This document shows, in pieces, positions 35,201-48,390 of a DNA stretch of 64,000 bases. Both the position numbers and the translations under genes were made by a program. Under the pieces are notes generated by a model. The model saw only the letters and a program-made list of their open reading frames with translations, did no database searches and was not told where the DNA came from. The DNA comes from Plasmodiophora brassicae (lineage: Eukaryota). How positions within the stretch are numbered: position 1 is the first letter of the stretch; the number at the start of each line of letters is the position of its first letter. Location of the stretch: contig CP145416.1 of NCBI GenBank assembly GCA_036867785.1, positions 310,001-374,000 on the forward strand, read 5' to 3'.

Positions 35201-36423
35201 GATTCCGCTTGCGTCTCAAGCACCTGTTTGTCCAGCGCCCCACGTCGCTCAGCAGCGGCAACCCTGTCGACGCCGACGTCCAGGCCGAGATCGACCACGT
35301 CGACAACAGTGATGGCAGCGCTGATCTGCTTCGTCTCCGACATATCGGCAAGGTCTTCGGCAAGACGATCGCCGTCCGCGATGTCACCATGGGCGTTCGT
35401 GGAGGGACGTCGCTGGCGTTCCTCGGAGGTCAGCCCCTATTCAGGTTGCCCACGTCGCGTGCGTTCTGATCTGTCCCCATCTAGTGAATGGATCCGGGAA
35501 GACGACGTCGATCAAGTGCATGCTGGGCGAGGAGGCGCCGTCCCTGGGCTCGATCACTGTGTGCGGCGTCGACGTCGCTGAGTCTCCCAACGAGGCCCGC
35601 CAGCGCATCGCGTACGTGCCACAATTCGACACAGCGCTCATGCCGAAGGTCAGCGGGCGCGGTCACCTGCACATGTACGCGCGTCTGCTGGGTGTCCCGT
35701 CGCACGTTCGCGACGACGTCGTCGAACACCTTATCCAGGGCGTCGGCCTGGAAGTCGGCGCCGATCGCCCGTCGCAGACGTACTCGGGCGGCATGAAGCG
35801 GAAGCTGTCGGTGGCGATCGCCATGCTGGCACGCCGATCTGTCGTCATGCTCGACGAGCCCAGCACCGGTGTCGATCCGGCGTCGCGTCGCCACATGTGG
35901 TCCATGATGAAGGACGTCGGCAACGACCCTGGCAGGTGCCTGCTGCTCACGACGCACGGTAACAGACACAAACACGGTGGCGAACGTTCGTGCACTGACT
36001 GCCTGCGCAGCGTTGGACGAAGCGGAAGCGATCTGCGACCGCATCTCGATCATGGTTGCGGGCGAGGTGATGTGCATCGGGAGCGCCATGCACTTGAAGC
36101 GCAAGTTCGGGTCGCACCTGCAGGTCGACATGGTCGTGGAGCGGGCGGACCAGGCCAGCAGCGTCGCCCGCTGGATGATGGAGACCGTGCCCCGATGCGA
36201 ACTTGTGGAGGCCAGCGAGACGCGTATGCGGTTCTCCGTGCTCAAGACGCCCGACATGTCGCAGGCGCGATTGTTCGAGATCATGCACGGGCAGCACGGG
36301 CAGCCGATCGTCGAGCTGGCCATCAGCACGATCTCGCTCGAGCAGATCTTCATCGACATTGCCCGCAACGGTCGCCTGCAACAGAACGCGCTGTACGTCC
36401 CCATGGCCAGTCTTACAGCCTAG
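32283..36423 (+). CDS. ABCA-family full transporter, multi-exon
   Basis: ALLWKNW..KRR start, VEEKTTR.REQLRIIG. NBD1 LLGH|NGAGKTT, LSGGQQRKL, LDEPSSGMD, LTTHSM. NBD2 NGSGKTT, YSGGMKRKL, LDEPSTGVDP, LEQIF. Confidence 0.93.
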
Positions 36424-36790
36424 TCGGTAGGCCGGGAATACACTCCAGCCCCGTCCACGTGGTATCGTGCGCTTCTGTGCACACCGAGTCGCGCGAGCTC
36501 GAGGCACCGCAGGTAGCAACGATCGACTCTTATTGTGTGCCCCGAACGTGTCTTCCAGTCGGACGTGTGCCTCACACGTCGCGCTTGAGGCAGTGGCGTT
36601 ACCCCTCCTTCACTGAGCAGCGTCGTGGTATCGGTACGCGATACCCTACTACGTATAACATACGTTAGTGCATGCCTGCCGTACACCGGGGCGTTGTGCG
36701 CTCTCGGGCGGGTACGGTCCGTGTTGATCACTAGGCGTGACGCGTGTGTACCCCAGGAGGGCGATCAAACGTGACAAACAAAGCGCGGCC

Positions 36791-38000
36791 ATGTCACGGG
36801 TGGTGCCGGTCCTGCTCATCGTCGTGCTGGCGCGCCTGAGTGCGCCGCTGACGGTCAACCCAAACTCGAACGTCACGTGGACGTACGCCCGTCAGGACCT
36901 GTGGGCGGCACAGTCGCCGACGTGCGCCTCGAGCCAGCAGTCGCCGATCGCCATCGTCGAGACGGGCGACACCATCTATGACAGCACCATGGCCGGCAAA
37001 CTCAAATGCGCCTACCTCAAGAACAGGACGCCCATGACCGGCCTGGTCAGGAACGACGGGCACACGATCGCCATGGCCTTCAACAGATCCGCCGCCAACG
37101 CCTGCAAGGTGCGTCAGTGCTCACCCGTATCGCAGCAGGGTTCGTTGACCCGCAACCGCCCACAGGGCGTCCCTCTGGCTGTGAACCAGACCGCTCTGTA
37201 CGACCTGGTCGCCATCGACCTTCACTGGGGCGAAACGGATACGAACGGCACTGAGCACTCGGTCAACGGTCTGACACGTGCCGACGCGCGCTACCATCGT
37301 GCATCGCCTGATACCATGGTCAGGGTTGTCGGGGGCACTGGAGGTGCACTACGTGCACATTCTGGCGTCGTACCCGTCGATCCAAGCGGCGTCGGCGGTG
37401 CCGGACGGCGTCTTCATCATCGCGTCCCGCTTCGAGGTCGTCGACGACGGCACTGGCGATCGGCAGCTGGGCGCGCTCGGCGCCCTCGCCAACACGACGG
37501 CGATCCAGACGGGCAACTACGTCCCGTTCCATATCGTCCCACAGGATGTCCTGTCTGGCACCAGCTTCCCGCTCTTCTATTCCTATCGCGGGTAGGCAGA
37601 CGGGCGCGTGCGTCAGTATTGGGTTCCCGATCGCGCCCTGACGTTTGTGCACAGGTCGTTGACGGCGCCGCCCTGCAGCCAGAGCGTGATCTGGGCGTTC
37701 GTCTCGGGGTCGGGGTCGGTGGACCCGGCGACGGTGGCGTCGTTGCGGGCGGCGGCCCGGACCGACGGGACCAGCCTGACGCCGAACGTGCGCGCCCAGC
37801 ACGAGGACAACGGCCGCCCGCTGTACGCGTCGTGGGACCAGGGCTCCGAGTTCGCCGTGTCCACCACGGGCATCATCACGGGCATCATCGTCGCGTTCTC
37901 CGTCGTGATCGTCATCACGGCCGTCGCCTTCCTGGCGCAGTACATGAAGCGCAAGGACGAGACGCGCGATCTCCTCCACTACCACGACGTCGAACTCTGA
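36791..38000 (+). CDS. Alpha carbonic anhydrase-family protein with signal peptide and C-terminal TM, multi-exon
   Basis: WTY...C..QQSPIAI, NDGHT, DLHWG, GTEHSVNG, LEVHYVH, YRG-SLTAPPCSQSVIW, NVR, and TM IITGIIVAFSVVIVITAVAFL. Confidence 0.88.
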
Positions 38001-38245
38001 TCCCCGCCCGGCACGAAGTAAACCGAACGGCGCTAGTCGAACGACACCGACGAACCATCGCTGTGCTATACGCTGCGTCAGAGCTGCGTCTGCTGCCGCA
38101 GGTGGCGACGATGCGGTGAGTGACGGCAGTGCTCGCCCCGAGGGCAGGGACGACGGCTTGCACCGTCAATCCGGATATCGGGTCGGGGGGACGGCGCCGA
38201 ACGTGGCGCCTTTGGGTCGCGGTCGCCATATCTGGGCTGGCGGCG

Positions 38246-39964
38246 ATGCGCGGCGTCGTGCGCCGACGGCTGTCGTCGGCGGGCGTGGAGGCGGTACGCG
38301 CGCGCAAGGCGGCGCGCGCGCAGGCGGTGACGCGCATGATCGGCGCGGGCACGATCGAGGACGTCGCCGTTCCTGCGCTGCCGAAGGAATACGCCATGCA
38401 CTATCCCCCTCGTACGGTCCCGTTCGCCGAGCGCCATGTTGATCTGCTGGAGGACGTGTTCCGGGACCTGAAGTCGGTGAAGAAGCGCGAGCAGGACCTG
38501 CTGACGGAACCCGCGCCCGACCCCGAGCACGCTCGGGCGCGCTGGCCGGACCGTCCCGAAGTCAGGGAGCTCCTGCAGCGCAGCGATCTGGCGATCGGTG
38601 ATGTGATCGAGCCGAGGAGGCCGGACCCGTACGACGCGGCAGCCGGGCCCGATCAGTTTCGGGACGTGACGCCCCCGCTGCCCGGCACCGTCCCCGCACA
38701 CGCCAACCTGGTCGACATTGGGTTCACTGACTTCGGCGCCCTGCTCGACATGGACTTCCAGAGCGAATTCGCCGACTCGAAGTGGCTCGGCGTGGACCTG
38801 TGCCCGTTCAACTGCGCCAAGACCCGCGTCATGCTGGAGATGATGCGCGTCAAGCATTGCACGGGCCAAGAGATTATGGAGGTGTGGCCGCGACCGACTG
38901 GGTCGTCAGCTCTGTCCCCTAGTCCCGCTGCGTACTGACCGCATGCGCCCCCCTCTGCTACATAGGTGTACATCAACTCGGTGTGGTCGGTCAAAACCGT
39001 GTACCTGTTCGCCGAGGCCGTCTACCGGCTGCTGAATTCGCCAGCGCAGCCAGTAGAGAAATCCGTCCAGAGCATCCTGCGGGCGTGGGCCTGCGCCGTC
39101 GACGCGTTGCACAAGGTCAGCGTCACGTCCGCCGTCCGGCGCCTCGACGATCGAAGCGATTTCCACCGCGTCTGCGGCGACGTCTGCCACCTGCCGACGG
39201 CGCCGGACCGTGCGTCCTGCCTTCGTGCGCTGCTGACGGGTGACTATGTCGGCGCTGGCATGGGCGACGACAGCACCCGCGTCGGCAGCATCGTCTTCTT
39301 CTCGAACCCGGCCATCTTGCAGGCGACGATGACGTTCTCGACGCCCCTGTCTGCGCATGCGTCGTTCGGGCCCGGCCCATCCGGCATCGTTGAGCGAACC
39401 GTGGCCGCGCTGAAGGCCAAGATCGACCGCCTGTGCACCCGAATCGAATGCGGGCAGGTCGAGGCGATGGTGAAGTGTGCCCCCGTTGCAGGCGCCGTCC
39501 AGGCGATCCGTTCGCTGCAGCCGCATCGCATCAGCTGGAACGGCGTCCAGGAGTACATCCAGATCGACGAGTTCCATCAGATGGCCCGGGAGATGTCGTT
39601 CCACGGCCCCGGCACCGAGCACCACTTCGTGTCCCGCCAGTGGCCCAAGTCGATCTTCGGGGCCGACATCTACGACATCGCCGTCGACCATCGCAGCGCG
39701 TTGCTCCAGGAGGGCAGGGACCTCCTGGCGAGGCTGTTCAAGGCGGCCCGGCTGTCCTCCGAGCCGATCATCGACCCGACCAGGCTGGCCAATGCCGTCC
39801 TGGCGAGGCGGTTCGCCCGCACGTACGTCGACTACTTCGTCGCGTCCGCCGGTCGCGACTGTGCCGCCCAGGGCGACATCTCCATTGTGCCACCGCTGCC
39901 GTTCTCCGTGTCGCCCTCGATCATCTGCTTCGCGCTGACCTACCGCAACAAGCCATCGTCGTGA
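38246..39964 (+). CDS. Conserved hypothetical protein with probable mitochondrial presequence, 2 exons
   Basis: MRGVVRRRLSSAG N-terminus. Two long GC3-rich ORFs joined by a GT-AG intron near 38882-38965. Confidence 0.65.
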
Positions 39965-40123
39965 ACAAATACATAGTAGGATGATCCCAGGGCAGCGCTC
40001 AGTACCAACTGTGACGTTCCTGTACGCTTCTGGCTTGGCGCACACGTCATACGCGGGCCCGGTCGTGCATGAACTCGCGTCGGCGTTGGTGAGCAGCGGG
40101 CCTCGGTCATCGACAGAGCAGCG

Positions 40124-43100
40124 ATGCTGCGGCTGGTGGTCGCCGTGCTGGCGGTGCTGGCCTCCGACTCGATCTGCCGAGCCCATGGCGAGTGCGCGTC
40201 GCAGACCCAGAACGTGGTCGTCGTCTATGACCTGTCGGCACCATCCGCCGATATCAACGCCGCCCGCCAATGTAATACGCGATCGTGTGCCGCCGGCCCC
40301 TCGCGCTAACGTCACCCGCGTTGCAGTGGCCGGCACGCTTCTGTCGGGATCCAGTCAGCAATTCTGGGTCGCCGTGCTGACCTACCGCCCGACGTCCACG
40401 GTCACCATGCTGACCAACTTCACGACATCGCGCCTCGTCCAGGAATCCATTGCACAGGGCGGTGTGGCCGGCGTCCCCGTCACCGGGGCCGCGGGCGTCG
40501 GCCTCGGCCAGGCTCTCGTCGCCGCTGGCCTCCTGCTCGAATCCGCCTCCGTCCGATCCGGCGCCAAGATCGTCGTCTTCCCATCGTCCGGGTCCATTAC
40601 AGGTAGGGCGGCGGCGGCGCACCAGGTCCATTTCGCCCACGTGATGGACGGGTGCTAGCGGGCGCGATGAGTGCCGCCCAGGCGCTGAAGGCCGAGGGGC
40701 ACACGATCCTGGCGTCCAGCAGCTTTACCCGCTCGCAGGCGCTGGTGTCGCTCCCGCTGCGCGACAACTTCTTCGCGGTCGCCTACCTGAACCGGGCGCT
40801 GATGTCGATCCGGGGCGACGCTGCCTGGGCCGGCACCTGCCTGGCCACCGCCGGTATGAGCACACACACGCCGGAAACCTGTGTCACACGCGCGCGTCCC
40901 CCATCAATAACGCGCGCTCGACTGCCAGGGTACCATCTGCTGACCTGGGACACGACCCAGTTGTCGCTGTCGGGCGTCCAGGGCGAGTTCTACATGGCGT
41001 ACAGCAACAACGGCGGCCTGACTGTCCAGATCCGGATCGTACGTCCGCCTGCCTCCCCTTCCGGTTCCATCGAGCGACGACGTTGACGCGCGATAACACA
41101 CACACAGGCGCCCTGCACGGCGACGAACGGCTGCCCCGGGATCGTCGGCGTCGCGTTCACCGACGGGACCGCCACCGTGCAAGTTCGCCGACGAATCACG
41201 GCGGACGAATCGCCGCAATCGGTAACCCTGCAATGGCATTACTATCATCATCATCGCCGTGCCAACCGTTCGTTTCCATCAGTTGGTGTCCGTCAACGGT
41301 GGAGCGTTCACGGCGAGCCCATCGTCGACAATGTCGTTAGTGACGCTACAGTGAGGCAGCAGCAGCAGTGCATCACGATCGGCTCCTGACCTTGCCCCTT
41401 CAGACGCGGCGTCGCCGGCGATGGCCTGGAGCACAACCTCGACCTGCTGCAGGCGAACCTGGGGTCATCGTCGCAGCAGACCATCCAGGTCTGGCTCGGC
41501 TGGCAGATGCACGTCCGCATCGACAGCGTTGCCGCGTACGGCCAGATCCTGGGCCTGTGCGGCCTGTTCGACGGGTGCCCCTCCACCGACTTGTACACGC
41601 GTTCCGGTTCGAGCACGACGTTCGCCTAGTACGACGGCCATGATCGCTCAACGGTCGCGCCTGCAGGCACCCGTGTACGGGACGTATCGCCGTTCGCAGA
41701 GTCGTGGCGCGTCCCGCTCCCCGAATCGCTGTTCACGTCGATCGAGGACGCCATGTTCACGGGTGGCACTCAGGCAACCGTATGTCGAGGAGGAACGCGC
41801 GCGCGATTCGTGAAGCGTCTGACGTCTGGTGGCAGGTCTGGCCGCAAGGAGCCCTGGTGGCGTCCGGGGATGCGGCGTCGGCCTGCTCGACCATGTCGGG
41901 CACGTTCCAGTCGCTCTGCCTGTCGGAATCGTCGGGCACCAACGCGCCGTACTACGCGTCGACGATCGAGGACGTGCACGACCTCGACTGCTACGTGTAC
42001 TGTGCCGGCGGCCTGCCACGTTCGTATCCCGCCGCCTCTGGGCAACCGCCCGCTGACGTACCGTACGCGCACAGCACTGGGTGGGGCGCAGACCTGCCTG
42101 CCGTTGTGCACGAACCCGCTCGACCAGGCGGCGCGGCCGGCCACCACGCCGCTGGACACGTACGACGCAGGGAACCTGCCGCCGGTGAACCTGGCCCAGG
42201 TGGACGCGCAGACCACCGTCGTCCAGATGCCGCTGGGCCTGGCCGGCAACTATACGTTCCGCAGCAACCTGGCCAACGCCATGTGCCAGCAGGAACCCGT
42301 CAACGTCACCGGTAAATAACGGGGGGTGTCGTGCGCCCCGAACGCCACCCCGTCGCTGACCGCGATCGCGGCAGTCGCCATCGCGTGCCCGACGAATCAG
42401 TGGATCGCGATGGTCGCGTCGCCGAACCTGACCGTCCCGCTGGGCACGACGCTCAAGCTGCGCGGGTCGGCCGTCTCGTCTGTGGGCCTGAACGTCACCG
42501 CCGCGTGGGCCGTGCTCAGCGCGCCGCCCCGGGCGTCGTACGCCCAGGTCGTCGGTGGGTCGCGTGCCGAGTTCACGCTGAACACGCCCGGCACGTACCT
42601 GTTCCAGCTCGCCGCCGCCGACGGCTGCCTGATGAACCGGTCGCTGCCCGTTGCCGTTGTCGGTAAGCGACGCCCGTCGGCGTGGCGATGCCTGCCGGCG
42701 CGTCTGACGTCGCGAACAGTGACGTGCCCAGCAAATCGCGACCCGCTGGTCGCACACATCGCCCAGGTCACGTCGCAGAGTAACCGCGCGTCGCCCCTGG
42801 GGACTCGGCACCGTTCCGCGCTGACGAGTACGGTCAGGTCCCTGCGAGTTCGACCTGTCGGCGGCGGCGCCAGGCACCTGGTCGCTGCAGTCGTTCGCCG
42901 CGTCCTCGTCGTCGTCGCCCGCCCCGCAACCGTACCTGCTGTCGACGTCGAGCGCCTACGGGCACCTGAACACGCCCGCCTGCAACACGTTCCTGACGCC
43001 GCCGCCCGTCGCCGGCGCATCCCCCGTCCCACAGCAAGCGTCGCCCGCATCGGCACCGTCGTCCCCGTTCGCTGGCACCTGGGTCACCTACGTGTTCGCC

Positions 43101-46100
43101 GTCAACATCAGCGCATCAGGCCTCGCCGTAGGAGCGCGTCCCCACCCCGTCGTTCGTCCTGTTCCTAACGGCGAGGTTGTACGCGCAGACACCCGTCACG
43201 ACAGCGACGACGGCGACGACGACGGCGACGACGACGTCGACGGCGTTGCCGGCGGTGCCGTCGACGTTGACGCAGCGCATCTCGGCGATCCAGCCAGACG
43301 TCAACGTGCAGACCGTGACGACGTTGTCGACGCAGAGCACGGTGACGAGCTCGACCGTGCTCAGCGTCGTCCCGCAGGTCGTCTGCACGGTGACGATCCC
43401 GTTCGCGACGGCGTCGTCCCGGACGCCCATGTGGGTGCTGCCGGCCGCCGGCTTCCCGCAGGGGTGCCTGGGCGCGTTCACCGTCCAGCAGACGGTGACC
43501 AGCACGTGCGACACGGCGACCGACACGACGACCGTCGCCAGCACGTGCAACGGCGGCCCGCCCGTCGTCATCGTCAGCTGCGACACGACCGTCTTCAGCA
43601 CGTACGTGACTGGGTTCGAGACGGCGCGCCTCGACGCGCGCGCCAGCTACCAGGCCAACCGGATGCCGTTCGCGACGACGTGGACGCTGACGAGCCGCCC
43701 ATCCCCGTCGTCGTCCTGGGCGGGGACGACGGCGCCGCCGAAGTCGCCCGTGATCCCGGTCGGCGTCGTGGGCACCACGCCGCTGACGATGTTCAAACCC
43801 GACCTGCCCGGGACGTACACGTTCTCGGTCGAACTCGACACGGTCTGCGCGTCGGCGGCGTCGACGGTGACGCTGACGGCCAGGTGCAAGTTCGGCATTC
43901 AGACGCCGGCGCCGATCGTCACGTGGCCGTCGGCGGCCACGGCCGTGGTGAACGCGACCGCGTCCGGCTGGGCGCCCGCCACTGGCCAGGTCGCCCTCGG
44001 CAGGAACGTCGCCTCGATCCAGGCGTACATGGCGGCAAGAGGGCAGGCGCTGACGGCGAACTGGAAGGTGATCGCACCGTCAGCGTCGCCCGGGTCACCT
44101 CAGTCCCTGCTGCCGGCCCCGTCCCTGACCGGTGCCACCAGCACCAGCACAGGGCCCCTGGTCTACAACGTGACGTTCGGCGGGGCGTTCGTCGCCGGCG
44201 CCTCGTACACTGTCAACCTGAAGCTCTGGGACCGTCGGAACCGAACCTTGCCGGCCGTCCCTCGTGAGATCTCTGACGCGCGCGTCCTGCTCCGCAGAGT
44301 GCATGATCTCGGAGGTGAACGCCACCGTCGTCGCCCCGGCCTGCGATGCGACCGTCTACGCGGTCATGTCGACGTCGACGCTGGCGTACGGCGACAGCCC
44401 CATCGTGCAGGGCGGCAACCTCCAGTTCCCGACCGTGCCGCTGTCGCTGGACAACAGCCCCGGGAACGGGCCGATCCAGGCTGCGTTCTGGACGGTGACG
44501 GGCCCGGCGACATCCAGAGCGTCCATCACCAGGTAGCGCGGCGGCACTATGCGAATCGTCACCATGTCAGGCCCTGACATGCAGTGTGCGCCGTCCCCAG
44601 CCCGACCTCGCCGACGTCGGCGTCGTTCACGCCCGATGTCCCAGGGGCGTACACAATCGTGCTGACGGTTCGCGGCCGGTGCGCCTGGTCGCAGAGCGCA
44701 CCGCTGGTGATCACGGCGGCCTGCCCGCGCCCTGCGCCAGGTTCGTCGACCGCGTGTACCCGCACAGTCCTGCCCGGTCTGACTGGCCGCCCTCCCCCCG
44801 GCGTCGATAGCATTCACGACGTCGGGCGCTGGGCCCGGTGGCGTCCAGGTGTACCGAGGGCAGACCGGGCGCTTGCCGACATTTACGTTGGACCCGACGC
44901 AGGCGAACAACTTTGACGCGTCGGTCGACACGGTGTCGTAGGCGATGACATCGGTGCCGGCCGGGTCCTCGCTCGGCCGGCTCCGTTCGCCCGCCTCCAA
45001 GTACGCGACCCGGCGCGCGTTCGCCTTCCCGCCCGCCCGTAGGCTGATGGTCGTCGCCGCAGGAACTGGAACTTCACGTTCACGCCGGACGTCGTCGGCA
45101 TCTACCGAGTGAACGTCACCGTGTCGGATGGGTGCAATCCGGCGGCCACGATGAACGTGCAGGTCGGCTCGGGCCAGTGCCCGGCGACGACCATCACCGT
45201 CAAGATCGCGTCCGGCCTGGCCAATGCGGCGACAAGCGTGCCCTACGTCGCCGGCCAGGGCTGGCAGAAGATACTCGTCAATGGCGCCGGTCGGTTCCCG
45301 TATCGGCCACCCGCCGGCAACCGCCTGCCTTCTTCCGCTGACGCATCGCAGGGTCCAGCTGGGATCCGGCGTCGACCGTCACCGGCACCTGGTCGGTGCT
45401 GGGCCCTGCCGGCAGCATCTGGGGCCCCGCCCCTGCCCCGATGACCGGCGCGCCCGTCACCACCAGGACAACGGTTGTGAACGGGGCCGCCCGCGCCGGC
45501 GTCCTCAACACGACGTACGTGACGACGACCAGCGTCCTGACAACAACCATCGTCAAGACCGTCACCATCTCGAACGGTCCAGCAGCATCGCACGGGGACG
45601 ATGTGCTCTACTGACCGGCCAGTGGCGTCCAGCAATGCTGAACGGGACGAACGCGGGCGACATTGCGTTCCCGGCGTGCTTCATCCCAGACGTGCCCGGC
45701 GCGTACACGGTTCGTTTCTCAGGATGATTGCCAGTACCATACGGGTCGGGTGCACTGACCGACGGCGGTCGCCAGTTCACGCTGACGATCAGCGACGGGT
45801 TCTGCTCCGCGCAAGGCCCGCCGATCACGTTCACTGCCCAGCCGTGCACGCAGCGCAAGTGGCCGCCTGCCGCCCCACCGACCATGCGGTCGTCTGAACA
45901 TGAACCTGTCTGTAGAGAACGCGCTCCTGAACCGCCCGCCGAGCGTTGTCGTCCAGACGCCGGCGCCGTACCAGCTGACGTCGCCCTGGATCAAGATCAA
46001 GGTGGGCCCCGACTTCCCCATCTGGACGACCTACCAGGTACGTAGCGTGTCGCGTTCGGGGGGCGGGTCCACCGTACCGAAGACCCTGTACAGTGGGGCG

Positions 46101-47127
46101 TGGCGTACCTGCCGAGTTTCCTGACGGACCAGATCTGGGTGAACAACGTCCTGACGTCGGTGACGCTGCCCGTCGGCCCAACGTCGTACTACATCGACAA
46201 CCCGGCGGCGGCGACGCCCAACCTGGTGGTCAGCTACCCGGGCACGTACGCCATCTACCTTCAGGCGTCGAACGGGTGCGCCGATTACAACGGTACCAAT
46301 GCGGGGGTGGGCATTGCGGGCGCTCGCGCTGACGGGTCCGACTAGCGACGGCGGTGACGATCACGGTGACGTGCGTCGTCCCTGGCGATACGGCGCTGGC
46401 TCCCGTCGTCGTCAACTCCACGTTGACCGGATCCGGCGAGAGGTCCGTCCGTCCCGGGCAGGCATCGCACGACATGAACCGGACGCCTGACCGGTCACCA
46501 ACAGGTCGTACGTCCTGGCGGCGACGCAAATCGGGACGACGACGTGGACGCTGGTGGACTTCCAGCTGTACAACGGGTGGGCGGTTCAGCCGTCCGCTTC
46601 GCCAGCGCCAGGTGCCAAGAACGCAGCGCAGCTGAACGACGCGCTGGACAACCTAGCCCATTCGGTACTGGGCAAGGTTCTCATCGGGTACAGATGATAA
46701 TGCAGCAGAGGCCTGCGCGCCGTATCTGAGACCCGTAACTGCTGGCAGGGTGGTCGCCGGGGCTCTATTTGCCATCGTCATCATCGTCGTCTGCATTCGC
46801 AGGCGCCGGAACGCAGCAGGTGCCAAGCCAGGCGGGAACATTGTCGTCAGCGGCGCGTATCCGCCCATGTCGCCCCGTACGGTGCTTCCCGTTGCATAGT
46901 GCTGACCGATATGCCTGCTCACGACGACGCACACAACAGAGGTCTTGTACGGCAACCCGTATGCCGACCAGCCGAACTATTCGCCGAACGCATACCAGGA
47001 CCCGCAGGCGTTCGGCCAGGCGGCGTACGGGCAGCAGCAGCCGGCAGCAATCCCGCCAAATCCGTTCGGTCAGGCTCAGCAGTACGGTGCAGGCCCAGAC
47101 CCGAACGCGGGCAGTTCAGTGTTCTAA
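40124..47127 (+). CDS. Very large type I membrane/surface protein: signal, VWA-like, VWD, multiple PKD/Ig-like repeats, Thr-rich stretch, TM, Gln/Pro/Tyr tail; many exons, may be more than one gene
   Basis: MLRLVVAVLAVLA; NVVVVYDLS; HLLTWD..VQGEFY; GLCGLFDGCPSTD; repeated F(T/K)PD(V/L)PGxY; TM VVAGALFAIVIIVVCIRRRR; YGNPYADQPNY...SVF*. Confidence 0.7.
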
Positions 47128-47180
47128 CAAACGGCCGCCTGGCGCACACAACGGCACGACTCGCGAATACGTAGTTGCAT

Positions 47181-47413
47181 TTAGACCCCGGCCGGCGCAA
47201 CGTCCATCTTGACAGGTTTCGTGGACGCGCTCTGGCTGTTCAGGTACATGACGTACTCCCTCCAGTTCTTCCCGTTTGCCGCCGCCGAAGGCACTGTCCA
47301 GACCAACGTCAGGGGCGGCGTGATTCACCGCTGGACATCGGCACACACGTACAGATCTTCCGGTGTTCCTCCTCTTTATCCTGAGCACGTTTCCGTACGG
47401 CACGCTCGGACAT
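47181..47413 (-). CDS. Putative 57-aa two-exon microprotein
   Basis: Exon 47413-47353, intron 47352-47294 (GTACGT...CCCTGAC...CAG, 59 nt), exon 47293-47181 ending TAA. The spliced frame is open. Confidence 0.6.
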
Positions 47414-47571
47414 GACCGCCTCGATCTTGCCACGTTTGATCGTGTTCAGCCGCTTGACACGCTTGGACTTGAGCGAGCGTCCCATGGTGGTTCAGTCGTC
47501 GGCTCGTCGCCAAGCAAAGGCGAGTCCGTGGCGGAGTCCGTGGCGGACACCATGACGGGCACGCCGTCGCC

Positions 47572-48154
47572 AGCGGGCACCATCGCCTGCTCCTCGCGGG
47601 ATCTGCCGCCGTCTGCATCGGACAGGCCCAGCAAATCGCTACTGCGGCTGCAGAAATCAATTGGGGCGGCGCGTGCGCCCTCGAAGCGCAACAAGGGCGC
47701 GGCGCCCGGTCCCCGACGGATCGAGCGGCGCGGCGAGAACTTCTATCAGTTCGTGAAGCGGGTGAACGCGGAGACGGCTGAACGAGTCCAGAAGATCGCG
47801 GCGGTCAGCGCTCGTAGGCCCAGCGCGAGCACTGCGCGGTTCCGCGAGCGGCGGAAGGAACGGCAACGCGAGAAACGACTCGTGGACGGTCTGGACAGGC
47901 GGGATGACGTCAGCAAGACAGCGCCGTCGGTTGGCATCCAGGCGCCCGTTGAAGCGCCACCTAAGCTCGGCGTGACGCCGAAGCGAAGGCAACCACCGGC
48001 TCCCGTGCCTGTGCCCATCAGCGACCAGCTCGAGCGCCGCAGACGGGATCTGCTTCGTGAACGGGTGCAGGCGGCCTACAAGAATGCGAAACAGGCTCGC
48101 CGATCTGCGTCGTCGGCGGGCTGTTCGTCGGCGAGCCTGGACCGATTCCTCTAG
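47572..48154 (+). CDS. Basic coiled-coil protein (possibly CCDC137-like); start uncertain
   Basis: RIERRGENFYQFVKRVN, RFRERRKERQREKR, VEAPPKL and LLRERVQAAYKNAK. Confidence 0.55.
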
Positions 48155-48390
48155 CGAAGCATTACATTCATATTTTCGCCGTTCCCGACGGGCAACCCGT
48201 GCGAGGACAGGACCCCGCCAGAGATTCCGCTGACACGCGTGGGTGACCGGCCACGTTCGGCCCTGGTTGACTCACCTCACTGTGCCGTGTCACACTGCTT
48301 TCGCCCGTGACGCTGGCGGGCCTGTCCAAAGCAGAAGTCGCCCATAATCTATCGAGCAGACGCTTTGTTATTGTTGCCATCGCTATTGTC

